A stretch of DNA of 64,000 bases from Octopus vulgaris (GCA_951406725.2 OX597820.1:21824001-21888000); one strand, 5' to 3'; numbered from the stretch's first letter, positions 13,264 to 26,034 are shown. The notes: generated by a model not told the origin, from the sequence alone. Program-made: numbers and translations.

Positions 13264-13842
13264 CTTCATGTTGCATGACTGAATCTATTTATAATGTCTA
13301 TTTATAATGTCTTTGTTCATTCAACAACTCGATGTGACGAACTGCATCAGGAGTTTAAGATTTCTGATAAGCATGAATCAGAAACACAGAGGAGTGCATG
13401 AGAAGGAACAATAGATATTGCACATTACACACTTGAGGAAGTTCTGTGACTGTTAAAGCAATTAGATGAGAATAGCAACACGGATGACACATAACAATAT
13501 TCGCATAATATACTGCAACATGAGCTTACGTTTGATTTTCTTGTACTTTTACATATTTTGAAGAAATCATTTTATCATCTGTCAGTCGAGTGCAGATATG
13601 TCTTCAGGATTCAGAAATATACAGATCTTGATCAAGGTTAATTGAAAGACAAATTGATGAATTCATATTAAAAATTCTTAAATTTTATCAAAAAGTATTT
13701 TGAATGGGCAATAGTCAATGAGAAACATTGGAATAAAAAAGTGAAAGGAAACTGTGTCGTAAAAGAATCCTCCAGAAAATGCAGCTGATATTGGATTGAT
13801 TACCTACCGGGAAACTTGTCGTAATAAGAATTTCTGCCAGCT

Positions 13843-14072
13843 CGCTGCTGGCAGAAACGTTAGCACGCCGGGGGAAATGCGTAGCCGTATTTCGTCTGCC
13901 GTTACGTTCTGAGTTCAAATTCTGCCGAGGTCGACTTTGCCTTTCATCTTTTCGGGGTCGAAAAATTAAGTACCAGTTACGTACTGGGGTCGATATAATC
14001 GTCTTAATCCGTTTGTCTGTCCTTGTTTGTCCCCTCTGCGTGTAGCCCCTTGTAGGCAGTAAAGAAATAAGA
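13843..14072 (+). mobile_element. SINE family D monomer
   Basis: Head plus one unit. Confidence 0.9.
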
Positions 14073-14864
14073 AGAATATTAATTGCCTAATTACAGAAAT
14101 AGCTAAATTTTCTCGCTTACAAGATTGTAAATTATTATTTCTGAAAAGTTTGAAGATGGAAAATTGTCAGCAAAATGTCCTGACTTAACAAAGTGTTATT
14201 CAAATGATATTGGACTAGAATTGTACAAAGAAACTAAAGTTTCAGAATGATGATATGTAAAAGAACACAGACGGATCTACCTTAGTCAAAATGTGCTTGT
14301 ATAATTTATGAATGTTTAATAAAGCATCTGAATATTCTATGCTACGGATACTAGAGAAGAAAAGTGGGTTGTCTTCTCTGAGGAGCAATCAACTCACCAT
14401 GAAACGGTCCTGTAGGAGACTAAATTCTAATTTTCTGCAAATCCAAAGCATAGAAAAGTCTGTTAACATTCTTATGCTTCACTAACATCTAGGCTTTCTA
14501 ATATTAACTTTATTTCAGTCCTTCGAACTCACACAGTATTGTGAATAACATGTGATCGATTACCGCAGAGAGATGTACTACTATCGTGATGGAGTGGACA
14601 CCAACAGGAGGGGAAAAAACGAGAAGTTCAAGGAAAACGTGATACCATACTTTTTAGGACAACTTGATAGCCATGGAAATCGGCCCTTGTGGAGCTAAGA
14701 GGAAAGCGAGTAGTCAGAATATTTTGAGAAACCTCGCTGTACTGGCGACAGTGGAAGATCTAAAAGATAAGCGCTGATACAATAAAAATTATTACTTGAG
14801 CGTTTCGTATTTTACTTGATAATATTCCTTGAGCAATGTAGATGTGAATATCTTAATATATATG

Positions 14865-15092
14865 CGGCAAGCTGGTAGAAACGTTAGCACGCCGGGCGAA
14901 ATGCATAGCCGTATTTCGTCTGAGACGTTACGTTCTGATTTCAAATTACACCGTGGTCGACTTGCCTTTCATCCTTTCGTGGTCGATAAATTAAGTACCA
15001 GTTATGCACTGGAGTCGATGTAATCGACTTAATTCGTTTGTCTGTCCTTGTTTGTCCCCTCTATGTTTAGCCCCTGGGGGTTAATAAAGAAA
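14865..15092 (+). mobile_element. SINE family D monomer
   Basis: Head plus one unit ending AATAAAGAAA. Confidence 0.9.
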
Positions 15093-15208
15093 CGTATGTG
15101 TGAGGATGTCTTTATGGCGTTTTCTGAGCAGTACATAATCCAATCGCCAATCGCATGCTGTAAAGTAACTGGAACAAAGTTATTTGAGATATTTATTGTC
15201 ACTTAGGA

Positions 15209-15470
15209 AGGCTCGTGGAGTGGATGTTAGGGTGGTTCACTCACGATCTTACGATTGTGATTTCGATTCCTAGACTGAATGCTGCTTTGTGTTCTTGAGA
15301 AAAACACTTTAATTTCACATTGCTCTAGTTCACTCAGCTACCAATGAGTTCCAGCAATACATGGGAAGTTAGCTCTGCGACAGACTGGCATACCGTTCAG
15401 GAAGTTGTTGTAATTTCAGAACGTATGCGCAATGAAAACCTGATTAAGTTCCGGTTGCAATACACCTAAG
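15209..15470 (+). mobile_element. SINE family C, old diverged copy
   Basis: TTTCGATTCC B-box, GTGTTCTTGAGAAAAACACTT...TTGCTCTAGTTCACTCAGC body, CTGCGACAGACTGGC tail. Confidence 0.7.
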
Positions 15471-15542
15471 TTGTAATCCTAGCGACGCGCCGTATACCTT
15501 ATGTTTTATATGAGTGTGTGCATGTGCGTTCTTGTGTGCTTG

Positions 15543-15576
<34 letters not shown>

Positions 15577-15627
15577 GTGTAGGAAGAAATGGAGCTGAAC
15601 GAAGATTTAACCAAATTCCTTTTTATT

Positions 15628-15713
15628 ATTTTCTACATATGTTTCAAAGGCCGCAAAGTCCCTAATTCGGATTGAATAAGGAGACCATTTTGCAGCCTTC
15701 TCTTCAGGAAAAT
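15628..15713 (-). ncRNA. Type I hammerhead ribozyme in a ~330-bp element (15574-15900) flanked by (TA)n
   Basis: Minus strand: ATTTTC-CTGAAGA-GAAGGCTGCAAA...TTTGCGGCCTTT-GAAA-CATATG-TA-GAAAAT; 6-bp stem I, 12-bp stem II, palindromic stem III. Confidence 0.8.
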
Positions 15714-16108
15714 CCAGGAACTTAATTCTCCAACAAAATGCACATCAAGCTTTTATAAACTTCAAATTTCCGCACTAAGGCACGGTTTTGAGACCCCATG
15801 GTCGTAACCTCAACCGTGTATTCTGTTGTGATTTTTGCTACCCAGGTATCGGTTTTCACTTGAATAATCCGTAACAAGATTATTCATTTATCCATTTCAA
15901 TATATATATATATATACTTATATATTATTAGTTAAATAAATAAAGTATGAGAAAAAGCAAATAACTGTGTGATATGGAAAATAGAAATATGTGTGAAATT
16001 ATATGGACGACTGAATACAGATGAGGAGGAAAATGGAAAAGAAAGAACAGATTGAGTACATCCCGAAAACCACAGGATTGAAAGGCAAACTTTGCAGGAG
16101 CAATAGGA

Positions 16109-16162
<54 letters not shown>

Positions 16163-16244
16163 AAGGGTGAAAAGGAACACACGAGTTGATATATATGAAA
16201 AAAACAAGTCAAAATAGAAAATGCTAAAATAATTTTATAAAGAA

Positions 16245-16292
16245 CATTTCAGTACCGGTTTCGGTCATTTTGAGACCTTTTCAACTGTAACG
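16245..16292 (-). ncRNA. Minimal type I hammerhead ribozyme, U3-A8 core variant
   Basis: Minus strand: CGTTACAG-TTGAAAA-GGTC(TCAAAAT)GACC-GAAA-CCGG-TA-CTGAAATG. Confidence 0.65.
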
Positions 16293-17210
16293 ATTAAATA
16301 ATTAAATTTAGAAAAATTAGAAGAAAAGTTTTTTTAAAGGAATATTTCTATAGTAGTGTTCAGATATAAGTGGCATTCTGCCTTTCTCTGACTCCCTTGT
16401 TTGCACTTGTGTGTTCGAGGTCGTTGTGTATATATATATATATATATGTATACATATATACATACATACAGAGGGGAGGAGGTAGCGTTATTATTAATAG
16501 TGATGTTGGTGATGATTTCATGTAAGGTACAAACTTGCAATATGAACGGTATACAACTTGGAAGAGAGCCAATGTCGTAAAAACGTTGGGTTTTTTTTGT
16601 TTTGTCTTTTGTTGTTTTGTTTTTTTACTTTTTTCATTTTCATGAGTACTAAATTTAAAGGGTAATAGTTAGCAATGGAAGACTTATCGGTTGCCTTTAG
16701 GAGATTTCACTCGTAAAACGAAATTTATTGTTTTCTGACGAAAAATATGAATCGTAAATAAGTAAATTAGATGACAGAACTATTACGGATTCCTTTAGAT
16801 TGGGCTTTTGGCCAAATTATGTGCGGCAAGTTTTATGTAGTCAATGGAATCTGTTCCATTATTCTTCTGGTGCTTAGTTTATCAAACCCTCGGGGGAAAT
16901 TACATGAATATAAAGTCGATTCCAGGTAGATTAAACTAAAGAAAGTGTGGCAACCAGGTAGATATGCCTGAGCAACTAATCCAACCTTATAGAAGTTACG
17001 TGATGAGATGTAGAAAGTTGTAGGAGAGAAGATCTGCAATTTTACGTCAAATCTAGAAATATTCTTGTTTAATTTATGGTCTTTCTTTTCTCCATTTTGC
17101 TTCGTATGATAAGAAGCTTGTGTGGCTGTGTAGTAAGAAGCTTGCTTCCCAACAGCTTCGGGTTTAGTCCCACTACGTACCACATTGGGCAAGTGTCTTC
17201 TACTATAAAA

Positions 17211-17590
17211 GTGGAGGCGCAATGGCCCAGTGGTTAGGGCAGCGGATTCGCGGTCGTAGGATCGCGGTTTCGATTCCCAGACCGGGCGTTGTGAGTGTTT
17301 ATTGAGCGAAAACACCTAAAGCTCCGCGAGGCTCCGGCAGGGGATGGTGGTGATCCCTGCTGTACTCTTTCGCCACAACATTCTCTCACTCTTACTTCCT
17401 GTTTCTGTTGTACCTGTATTTCAAAGGTCACTCTCTGTGTCACGCTGAATATCCCCGAGAACTACGTTAAGGGTGCACGTGTCTGTGGAGTCCTCAGCCA
17501 CTTACACGTTAATTTCACGAGCAGGCTGTTCCGTTGATTCGGATCAACCGGAACCCTTGTTGTCGTAACCGACGGAGTGCTTCCATCCAT
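17211..17590 (+). mobile_element. SINE family A nested in B
   Basis: TSD TCTACTATAA (17199-17208/17595-17604). Confidence 0.9.
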
Positions 17591-17660
17591 CCCATCTACT
17601 ATAAGATGGGGTCTACCCTATTTTTTTATGAGTGTATTCGGCAAACAGAAACTGAAAAAA

Positions 17661-18045
17661 GGCGACGAGCTGGCAGAAACGTTACCACGCCACTACGTTC
17701 TGAGTTCAAATTCCGCCGAGGTCGACTTTGCCGTTCATCCTTTCGGGGTCGATAAATTAAGTACCAGTTATGCACTGGGGTCGATATAATCGACTTAATC
17801 CCTTTGTCTGTCCTTGTTTGTCCTCTCTCTGTGTAGCCCCTTGTGGGTAGTAAAGAAATAGGTATTTCGTCTGCCGTTACGTTCTGAGCTCAGATTCCGC
17901 CGAGGTCGACTTTGCCTTTCATCCTTTCGGGGTGGATAAATTAACTACCAGTTACGCACTGGGGTCGATGTAATCGACTTAATCCCTTTGTCTGTCCTTG
18001 TTTGTCCCCTCTGTTTGGCCCCTTGTGTGTAATAAAAAAATAAGT
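17661..18045 (+). mobile_element. SINE family D dimer nested in B
   Basis: TSD AACTGAAAAAA (17650-17660/18046-18056). Confidence 0.9.
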
Positions 18046-18396
18046 AACTGAAAAAATGTCCGTCGTATGTAAATATATTTATGAGTGTGTGTGTATGTGT
18101 GAGTATTTTCGTGTCTGTGTTTTACCCACCTACCCCCCCCCCCGACCCACCGTTTGACAACCAGTGTTGATGTGTTTACATCCCCGTAACTTAGTGGTTC
18201 GGCAAAAGAGACGGTTGAATAAATAGCAGGCTTAAAAACGTAAGTACTGAGGTCTATTCGTTCGGCTAAAATTCGTCAAGGCGATGCCCCAGCATGGCCG
18301 AAGTCTAATGACTGAACACTTGAAACTTGAGGTAACAAAGAATCGAAAATGTATTGAAACGGCTTTCATTTCTTCTCTGGCACTTCTCTAATATTT

Positions 18397-18874
18397 GATG
18401 ATGAGGAAGATGATGATGATGATAAGGAGGAGGAGAGGAGGAGGGGGGAGGGGGGGAAAGAGATGAAGAGGAGGGGGAGGAGAGGAGCGGGAGGAGGACG
18501 AGGGGGAGGAGGAGGAGAAGAAGGAGATGAGGAGGAAGAGGAGCGGGAGGAGGACGAGGGGAGGAGGAGGAGGAGAGGAAGAGGAGGAGGAGGAGGAGGA
18601 GAGGAAGAGGAGGGGAAGGGGAGGGGAGGAAGAAGGAGGAGGAGAAAGAAGGAGAAAGAGGGGGTAAGAGGAGGGGAGGAGAGGAAAAGGAGGGGAGGAG
18701 AGGAAGAGGGGGAGGAGGGTAAAGAGGAGGGGAGGAGAGGAAGAGGGGGAGGAGGGGAAAGAGGAGGGTAGGAGAGGAAGTGGAAGAGGAGGAGAAAGAG
18801 TACGGGAGGATAGGAAGAGGAAGAGGAGGAGAAAGAGGAGGGGAGGTTAGGAAGAGGAAGAGGAGGAGAAGGAG
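18397..18874. repeat. Polypurine (GGA/GAG)-rich low-complexity tract
   Basis: About 470 bp almost entirely G/A on the + strand. Confidence 0.9.
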
Positions 18875-20571
18875 GTCTTTTTGATTGCCATATGGGTAAC
18901 GTCAATACGGAATATTTAAATATTTTGCGATTTTGCGAAGACGGGACATGTAAGGAAAGGCACAAATGCTCAATGTAGAACAAAATACTTAATTACCAAC
19001 ACACAAGTAGTAACAGTTATAAGTAAACACAATACACTAATAATATGTACAACTACCGTAACTATTATACACAGCTCCAACTACGGCATAACACGTGTGA
19101 AACAGCGGAAATATTGATATCAGTACTAACCAAACAATAACGTCGGCGTTGTTGCGACCGCGATAATGATGATTAAGATAGTAATGAAGACGAAGAAGGC
19201 AACGAGAAAGGCGACGACTAAGACGAAAACATCGACGTGGATGACATTGGCTGTTATGGTATCCAAATATTGTTACAGGGGTACGGCAATAAAAGATGGA
19301 AATCTCACTTGCTAGAGTAGCTAAACAACTTACAAGCGGAGAATATATTTCGTATAAAAGAGCCAACGGGAAACGATAACATCCATATAAATCTTAAACG
19401 ATATTTCTGGCTTCCTGTGGTTTATGTATACGCTTTAGTACGACTGAAATGATTTCTGTGCTAAACTGCCTCGTAAAATAAACATAAAACGAGTGAGTCT
19501 TTCTAGGAGCTTCGTTTTCACCTCCTGCAGAGAGTTAACATAAGAACACATACATAAAAGAATTATTACAGTGTTACATGAATTCGACACGTTCAGGTAA
19601 AGTGTATACAACCAGCCTGTGCGATTAGAGGCATTGCTTATTGCGTTCTGTTTGATAGACACAAGAAGATAGCGATCTCAGTTCCTTAATTAGAGAACAT
19701 CAATCTTAAGTAACGCTAGACGATATAGGCGTTTGTTTGGAATCGTAGCTATTTCCTGCTGGCGGTCTAACATACAAATGAAAGGACGGCATGCATAGTA
19801 TAGCTATTGACCCACGGTTGGTGTTAGGTAAGCGATAACAATACAAATAATACATCAAATCATAAAAAAGATACATGGGAAAATAAAACTGAAGCATTTT
19901 GGAAAGAAAATAAATGAAAAAGTGGATTTGAATTTTCTCCGTATAACAAGAGAGATATAATTTCCTGCTGTTTGTCTTAAATAATCGTTTAATTTCATCT
20001 CAAAACGATAAGAATCTGTTTAGATACATTTTCAACGTTTCCATTTGCACTTTTTTTCTTCAAAATACCTCCAAAACTAAATAAAGTACACCCGTTGGAA
20101 AATATTTTAAAATGGAGTCATGTGAACTCTTGAATCCGGTACAAGAAATATTTTTACTCAAATTTTTTTCTGAACATTTGTTGCTCTGCTATTGTTGTTG
20201 TTGCTATATCTGTTGTCGCTGCTATTGCTGCTGTTGTTGTTGTTGTTGTTAAACAACAAGACGGGTAAGGGTGATTAGGTGATGGTCTAGGGCTTAGGGG
20301 CGGGAAAAAAAAACTTTGGTCGTCTTGATGTAGTGGAGGGCTCTTCGTTGACGCCCGACACCACTGGGAGGTGGCCCTCGAAGTCGCTGGAAATGGAGAT
20401 CTCCAGGTCCAAATTCTTGAACGGCTGCTATTGCTGCTGCTGTTGATGTTGTTTAGTCCAAGTCAGCCATGACCAAGCAGACCTATGGTCAAATAAATTC
20501 TAACTGTGACATAGACATAGACATACATGCGCGTGCACATGTACGCACGCATGCGCACACTGACTTTCTGT

Positions 20572-20705
20572 CAGTTACGATGATAAGGGTACCAGTTGAC
20601 CCGATCAACGGAACAACCTGCTTGTCAGATTAATATGCAAGTGGCTGAGCATTTCACAGACACACATACCCTTAATGTAGTTCTCAAGATTATTCAGCGT
20701 GACAC
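20572..20705 (-). mobile_element. Fragment of SINE tail 1
   Basis: Matches the reverse complement of 1720-1850. Confidence 0.7.
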
Positions 20706-20756
20706 AAAATGTTACAAAATGTTAAAAAGATGTTACAAAATGCTACAAAATACATA

Positions 20757-21148
20757 GGCGCAGGATCAGCTGTATGGTAAGTATCTTGCTTACCAACCAC
20801 ATGGTCCCGGGTTCAGTCCCACTGCGTGGAACCTTGGGCAAGTGTCTTCTACTATAGCCTCGGGCCAACCAAAGCCTTGGGAGTGGATTTGGTAGACAGA
20901 AACTGGAAGAAGCCCGTCGTATATGTATATATATGTGTGCATGTATGTGTGTATATATTTGTGTGTCTGTACCCAAGCATCGCTTGACAACTGATGCCGG
21001 TGTGTTTACGTCCCTGTAACTTAGCGGTTCGGCAAAAGAGAACGATAGAATAAGTACTAGGCTTACAAAGAATAAGTCTATTTGCTCGACTATAAAGGCG
21101 GTGCTCCTGCATGGCCGCAGTCAAACGACTGAAACAAGTAAAAGAGTA
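20757..21148 (+). mobile_element. SINE family B
   Basis: Colinear with 9539-9952. Confidence 0.9.
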
Positions 21149-21155
21149 CTACTAA

Positions 21156-21272
21156 TTTTTACCAGCTGAGTGGTGGACTGGAGCAAAGTGAATTAAAGTG
21201 TCTTGCTCAAGGACATAACGCGTCGCCAGGAATCGAACTCACGACCTTGCGATCGTGAGCCGACCACCCTAA
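21156..21272 (-). mobile_element. SINE family C head/body fragment
   Basis: CAGCTGAGTGG...GGAGCAAAGTGAA...CTTGCTCAAGGACA...GGAATCGAACTC. Confidence 0.7.
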
Positions 21273-21737
21273 GGTAGTAAATTAGGACTGACGGTTATTT
21301 GAAGCTTGAAACTCATACCAGAGTCACTCACTGTAAACATTATTATTAAATTCAAAATTATCCCCAAAATAAGCCATTTCTATTCATTTTTTTTTCATAT
21401 GTATAACGCGGAGTAGATAAAACAGGGGACAACTGATGAAGAGAATGTTCTTTATGTTGCCTGTCTCGTTTCTCTGTTTGTTTCTTTCGTTGTTCGAAAC
21501 AAAAAAGTTTTCTATGTTTTTGTTCTTTTATGTTCTCGTTTCTCATTTTGTTCACGTTTTTTGACTTCCTGTACCCATATATGCATGTATATATGCATAG
21601 ATATGTAGGTATGTACATATATGCATGCATATATACATATATCATATACAACCATATATATATATCATAAATACATATGTGTATACACACATACACATAT
21701 TTCGTATACATATGTATGTGTACATGTATATATATAT

Positions 21738-22024
21738 ATCATCATCATCGTTTAACGTCCGCTTGTCATGCTAGCATGGGTTGGACAATTTGACTGAGGA
21801 CTGGCGAACCAGATGGCTGCACCAGGCTCCAATCTGATCTGGCAGAGTTTCTACAGCTGGATACCCTTCCTAGCGTCAATCACTTCGAAAGTGTAGTGAG
21901 TGCTTTTACGTGCCACTGGCACGAGGGCCAGTCAGGTGGTACTGGCAACAGCCACGCTGAAATAGTGTTTTTTACGTGCCACCTGCACAGGAACCAGTCC
22001 AGCGGCACTGGCAACGACCTCGCT
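21738..22024 (-). mobile_element. 5'-truncated retroposon (SINE or LINE 3' end) with (GAT)n tail and an internal ~70-bp duplication
   Basis: Minus strand ends GGACGTTAAACGATGATGATG; TTTTACGTGCCAC...CTGGCAAC occurs twice. Confidence 0.6.
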
Positions 22025-22135
22025 AATATGTATATGTATATACATGTATATATCTTCATACACATATATGCATTCATATATGTATGTATATATACATATG
22101 CACACATATATATATGCAAGTGTTTGTACATAAAT

Positions 22136-22136
<1 letters not shown>

Positions 22137-22213
<77 letters not shown>
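22137..22213. repeat. (GATA)n microsatellite
   Basis: Direct reading. Confidence 0.95.
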
Positions 22214-22768
22214 TGACAGACACAAGCGCACAACACACAAAATCTATTTTATACTTATCTCATACTTACGTTAGCACTGCATGAGATAATACAAGCCATT
22301 AATCTCTTTGACAAGTCTTCACACCTTTAAGGAGGGATGTCAGCATTCTTGATAGTTATTTAAACACAAAACTCTGCACCACTACACCGTTTAACAAAGC
22401 TGCCTTCTTTTACACCTGACACACGCAGCACAACAGTTTAGTCGTTTACATATAAAAAAAACCGCGAGATAAAAGTAGAGTTGTACATTTTGGGAAATTT
22501 ACACGTATTAAGTAGCTATCTGTCTATTAATTATCTATCTGTACTACGGATTTAGGTATTTAAACTTATAGATAATGAGAATAGAGAAGGTTAGTTATTA
22601 CTAAGTCCTAACAGAATTCCAGTTCTAGATATTGATGTCACTTAAAAACATCTTAAGTCAAGTTGGGTCCCTGTTGATATATTTTTTCTTCTATTGTTTG
22701 ATTCAGCCATTGGACTGTTGGGCTGTGATACCATCTTGAAGGCGTTTTAGTCGAACAAATCCATCCCA

Positions 22769-22769
<1 letters not shown>

Positions 22770-22864
<95 letters not shown>
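22770..22864. repeat. (TA)n microsatellite inside a decayed family B tail (minus strand, 22703-22930)
   Basis: Direct reading; flanks resemble the B tail. Confidence 0.85.
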
Positions 22865-22867
<3 letters not shown>

Positions 22868-22932
22868 TCTGGTAGTTATTCTATTGTTCACTTTTGTCGA
22901 ACCGTTAAGTTACCGGAATCTAAACAAACTAA

Positions 22933-23113
22933 CGAAATGCTTAGCGGTATTTCGTCTTCCGCTACGTTCTGAGTTCAAGTTCTGCCGAGGGGTGACCTTA
23001 CCTTTCATCCTTTCGGAGTAGATAAATTTAGTACCAGTTGCGTACTGAGGCAGATCTAATCGACTGGCCCCCTCCCCAAAAGTTTCGGGCCATGTGAGTA
23101 GAGTAGAAAAGAA
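22933..23113 (+). mobile_element. SINE family D with alternative tail
   Basis: D core, then CCCCCTCCCCAAAAGTTTCGGGCC...AGAAAAG. Confidence 0.85.
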
Positions 23114-23719
23114 TAACTACTTATTATGTTTATTGGAGTTAAAAATCTTCTTTAACCGTTACTCTGAGTTTGACTTTTCTGATTTGGATGTAGAGTTTAT
23201 AACAAACTTTCATTGCTGTCGGAAGATCAGAAAGGCAGAATGGACGTTTCTGATTTGGATGTAGAGATTAGAACAAATTTCCATTGCTGTCGGAAGATCA
23301 GAAACGTGAAATGGGGAGGAACCGTTAGCGAGGTTTTCAACTCCAAATATATATAAAGCTCTTCATCTTGTATTGAGTACGCTCTTTTCACCTCCCTTGC
23401 ATAGTTTTTGTACTATAACATACGTACGCTCATACACACACGTACACACACACACACACACATACACATTTATTTGTCAAATTATATGTGTATTTATATA
23501 CATCGATATAAATATCAGTATTTATCTTTGCAGATATAATAAGCACATATATACATGTCTGTCTGCCTATCTCACTCTAATAGGTATTTACTAAACATAC
23601 GTTCAAGGAAAGCTCTCGGGATAACTGCAGCTAATGAATCCGATATTAACTGAACCAAATATCTACCATCTGTTATAACGCCTAAATGAAACTGCTCAAA
23701 ACTTTGGTATAGATGGTTT

Positions 23720-24079
23720 TAACGTATTACTCTGCAAACCTGGTAAACGACAATAAGAGACAAGAAGCCAGACGTCTTCCAGACCAGATGTCTGAGGCGG
23801 ATGCTTAAAATGTGGTGGCAAGAACAGTCAAAGAATGGGTCCGTGCTCGAGAGAGCTGGGATGGAGAGCATGAGCGGCGAAGTACGGAGAAGGAAGTGGA
23901 AGTGCACTGGTCACATTCTGAGGAAAGATCCCAACAAAGACATGGGTCTCTGAAAGAATGATGAAAAAAAAGCGAAGCAGGCCGATGGATAGGGAACAGA
24001 GAACCGGGTGCAAACCACAATCATCGACAGGGCGGCACGGGGAGAGTGGAAGCCTTGTGTGACACCGAGCCACGATGTG

Positions 24080-24085
<6 letters not shown>
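23720..24085 (+). mobile_element. RTE-clade LINE 3' fragment (pseudogene)
   Basis: Translates to FQTRCLRRMLKMWW...SVLERAGMESMSGEVRRRKWKCTGHILRK, typical of the RTE ORF C-terminus; ends in an (AAG)n tail. Confidence 0.8.
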
Positions 24086-24111
<26 letters not shown>

Positions 24112-24165
24112 AAGAAGAAGAAGAACAACAACAACAACAACAACAACAAGGAGAAGGAGGAGCAG

Positions 24166-24196
<31 letters not shown>

Positions 24197-24385
24197 GGAA
24201 GAAGTGGAAGAAGTGGAAGAAGAAGAAGACGATGACCACGACCACGACGACCATGATGACCGCGATTATGATGATGATAATGATGATGATGATCATCATC
24301 ATGAGGGGGAGGAGGAGGCTGGTGGATGAGGAGGGGGAGGGGGGCGGAGGAGGAAGATGGAGGAGGAGGAGAGATTGATGATGAT
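24082..24385. repeat. Compound trinucleotide microsatellite (AAG/AAC/GAT/GGA)
   Basis: Direct reading. Confidence 0.9.
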
Positions 24386-24797
24386 GACTTAGTGATTACT
24401 GAACCCACAGACCTGTGCAAAACGCAGGGCATAAATCATAAGTCCGCAAATCTGAAAGTTATGCTGCCTCTCCTGCATTGTAACATATAAATATATAAAC
24501 AACACGGGGCAGTTTCATGTCACTACATGCTCTGAGCATGATTGATTGACATGGTTCCTGATGAAACATTTCTACATCTGGCTACCAGAATTTTGAGTAA
24601 CTTCCAAAAAGTTGTACTTTGAATGTTATTCGACAATGGAAGCAGAACTTTTGAGAATAAAATAAGAAATGAATTTCAGCCCCTACAACAGCTAAATGTT
24701 TTATCAAACTATAGCAAACAAATGCCGGAATGAGGCAATTTGGCGCTATTGTTCAGACACTGGCGGTTTGGCGTGATTGACTGGACGTTGAACCTTT

Positions 24798-25400
24798 TCT
24801 TATTTCTTTATTGCCTATAAGGGGCTAAACATAGAGGGGACAAACAAGGACAGACAAAAGGATTAAGTCGATTACATCGAGCCCAGTGCGTAACTGGTAC
24901 TTAATTTATCGACCCCGAAAGGATGAAAGGCAAAGTCGACCTCGGCGGAATTTGAAGTCAGAATGTAACGGCAGACGAAATACCTATTTCTTTACTACCC
25001 ACAAGGGGCTAAACACAGAGAGGACGAACAAGGACAGACAAACGGATTAAGTCGTTTATATCGACCCTAGTGTTTAACTGGTACTTATTTAATCGACCCC
25101 CGAAAGGATGAAGGGCAAAGTCGACCTCGGCGGAATGTGAACTCAGAAAGTAAAGACGGGCGAAATGCCTATTTCTTTACTACCCACAAGGGGCTAAACA
25201 CAGAGGGGACAAACAAGGACAGACAAAGGAATTAAGTCGATTACATCGAGCTCAGTGCGTAACTGGTACTTAATTTATCGACCCCGAAAGGATGAAAGGC
25301 AAAGTCGACCTCGGCGGAATTTGAACTCAGGACGTAAAGACGGGCGAAATACCGCTAAGCATTTCGCCCGGTGTGCTAACGTTTCTGCCAGCTCACCACC
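24798..25400 (-). mobile_element. SINE family D trimer
   Basis: Reverse complement of 1933-2531 architecture. Confidence 0.9.
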
Positions 25401-25454
25401 TTTTCTGGTGTCATTGAACCTTTCCTGGTGTCAGTAGCTTTTAGCACTCGAGAC

Positions 25455-25491
<37 letters not shown>

Positions 25492-26034
25492 AACACATGC
25501 ACGATAGCGCAGAAATATGCATATACAGATAGAGAGAAGGATAGGTAAAGACATTACAATTTATTGATTACGAATGGTATGAAGATTTTCCCTTTCCCCC
25601 TACACATAAAGAGAAATATATGCGCGCGCGCACACACACACACACATGCACACACACATAAACCTTCATAGTAGACATAAAAATATGTCAGGTTTACTTA
25701 TTTCTCTATAGATTTGAAAATAATGGACACTTTTAATCAATTTACGACCCTTATTAGCGTCTCATCAGGTGTCTACATCACTTGACCAACCCAGAGAAAC
25801 CAACAACCAATTTGTTTACACAGACAACAAATCTTGTAGCTCCAACGGGTACTCGCACACATCCACTGGCGGTGGGGGGATCCATCCCGGGCGGCACTTT
25901 TAAATGGGTGGCACTTTGTGTTTTTTGTGGGGTGCAGGGGTGAAGCAAACTGAAGGGCCGCACCGGGTGGCACATACTCTAGCTACGCTAGTGCACACAC
26001 CTACCTACACGCGTACCCGCTCTTTCTTTCTCTT

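Larger units (their letters stand above)
11380..14480 (+). pseudogene. Highly decayed hAT-family (ZMYM1/THAP-P52rIPK-like) transposase relic interrupted by SINEs
   Basis: Manual translation gives motif remnants in the expected order: ACSFDGE (~11476), STTRC (13321, S-T-R-W-like), LTFDFLVLLHILKK (~13525), C-terminal dimerisation-like segment (~14360-14460); many stops. Confidence 0.4.
17115..18318 (+). mobile_element. Old SINE family B split by two younger SINE insertions
   Basis: B segments 17115-17208, 17595-17660 and 18046-18318 rejoin into one colinear B element. Confidence 0.8.

Noticed and set aside
18366-18983. 205-aa Pro/Ser-rich ORF (and the Gly/Glu/Arg-rich ORF on the + strand)
   Set aside because: Translation of a polypurine low-complexity tract; no domain or splice evidence
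19037-19897. CpG-richer unique block with short ORFs, considered as host exon or promoter
   Set aside because: No recognisable protein motif, convincing splice-bounded frame or promoter signature
21425-21500. CTGATGAAGAGAATGTTCTTT motif
   Set aside because: No GAAA-stem III-UH or stem I partner after the hairpin
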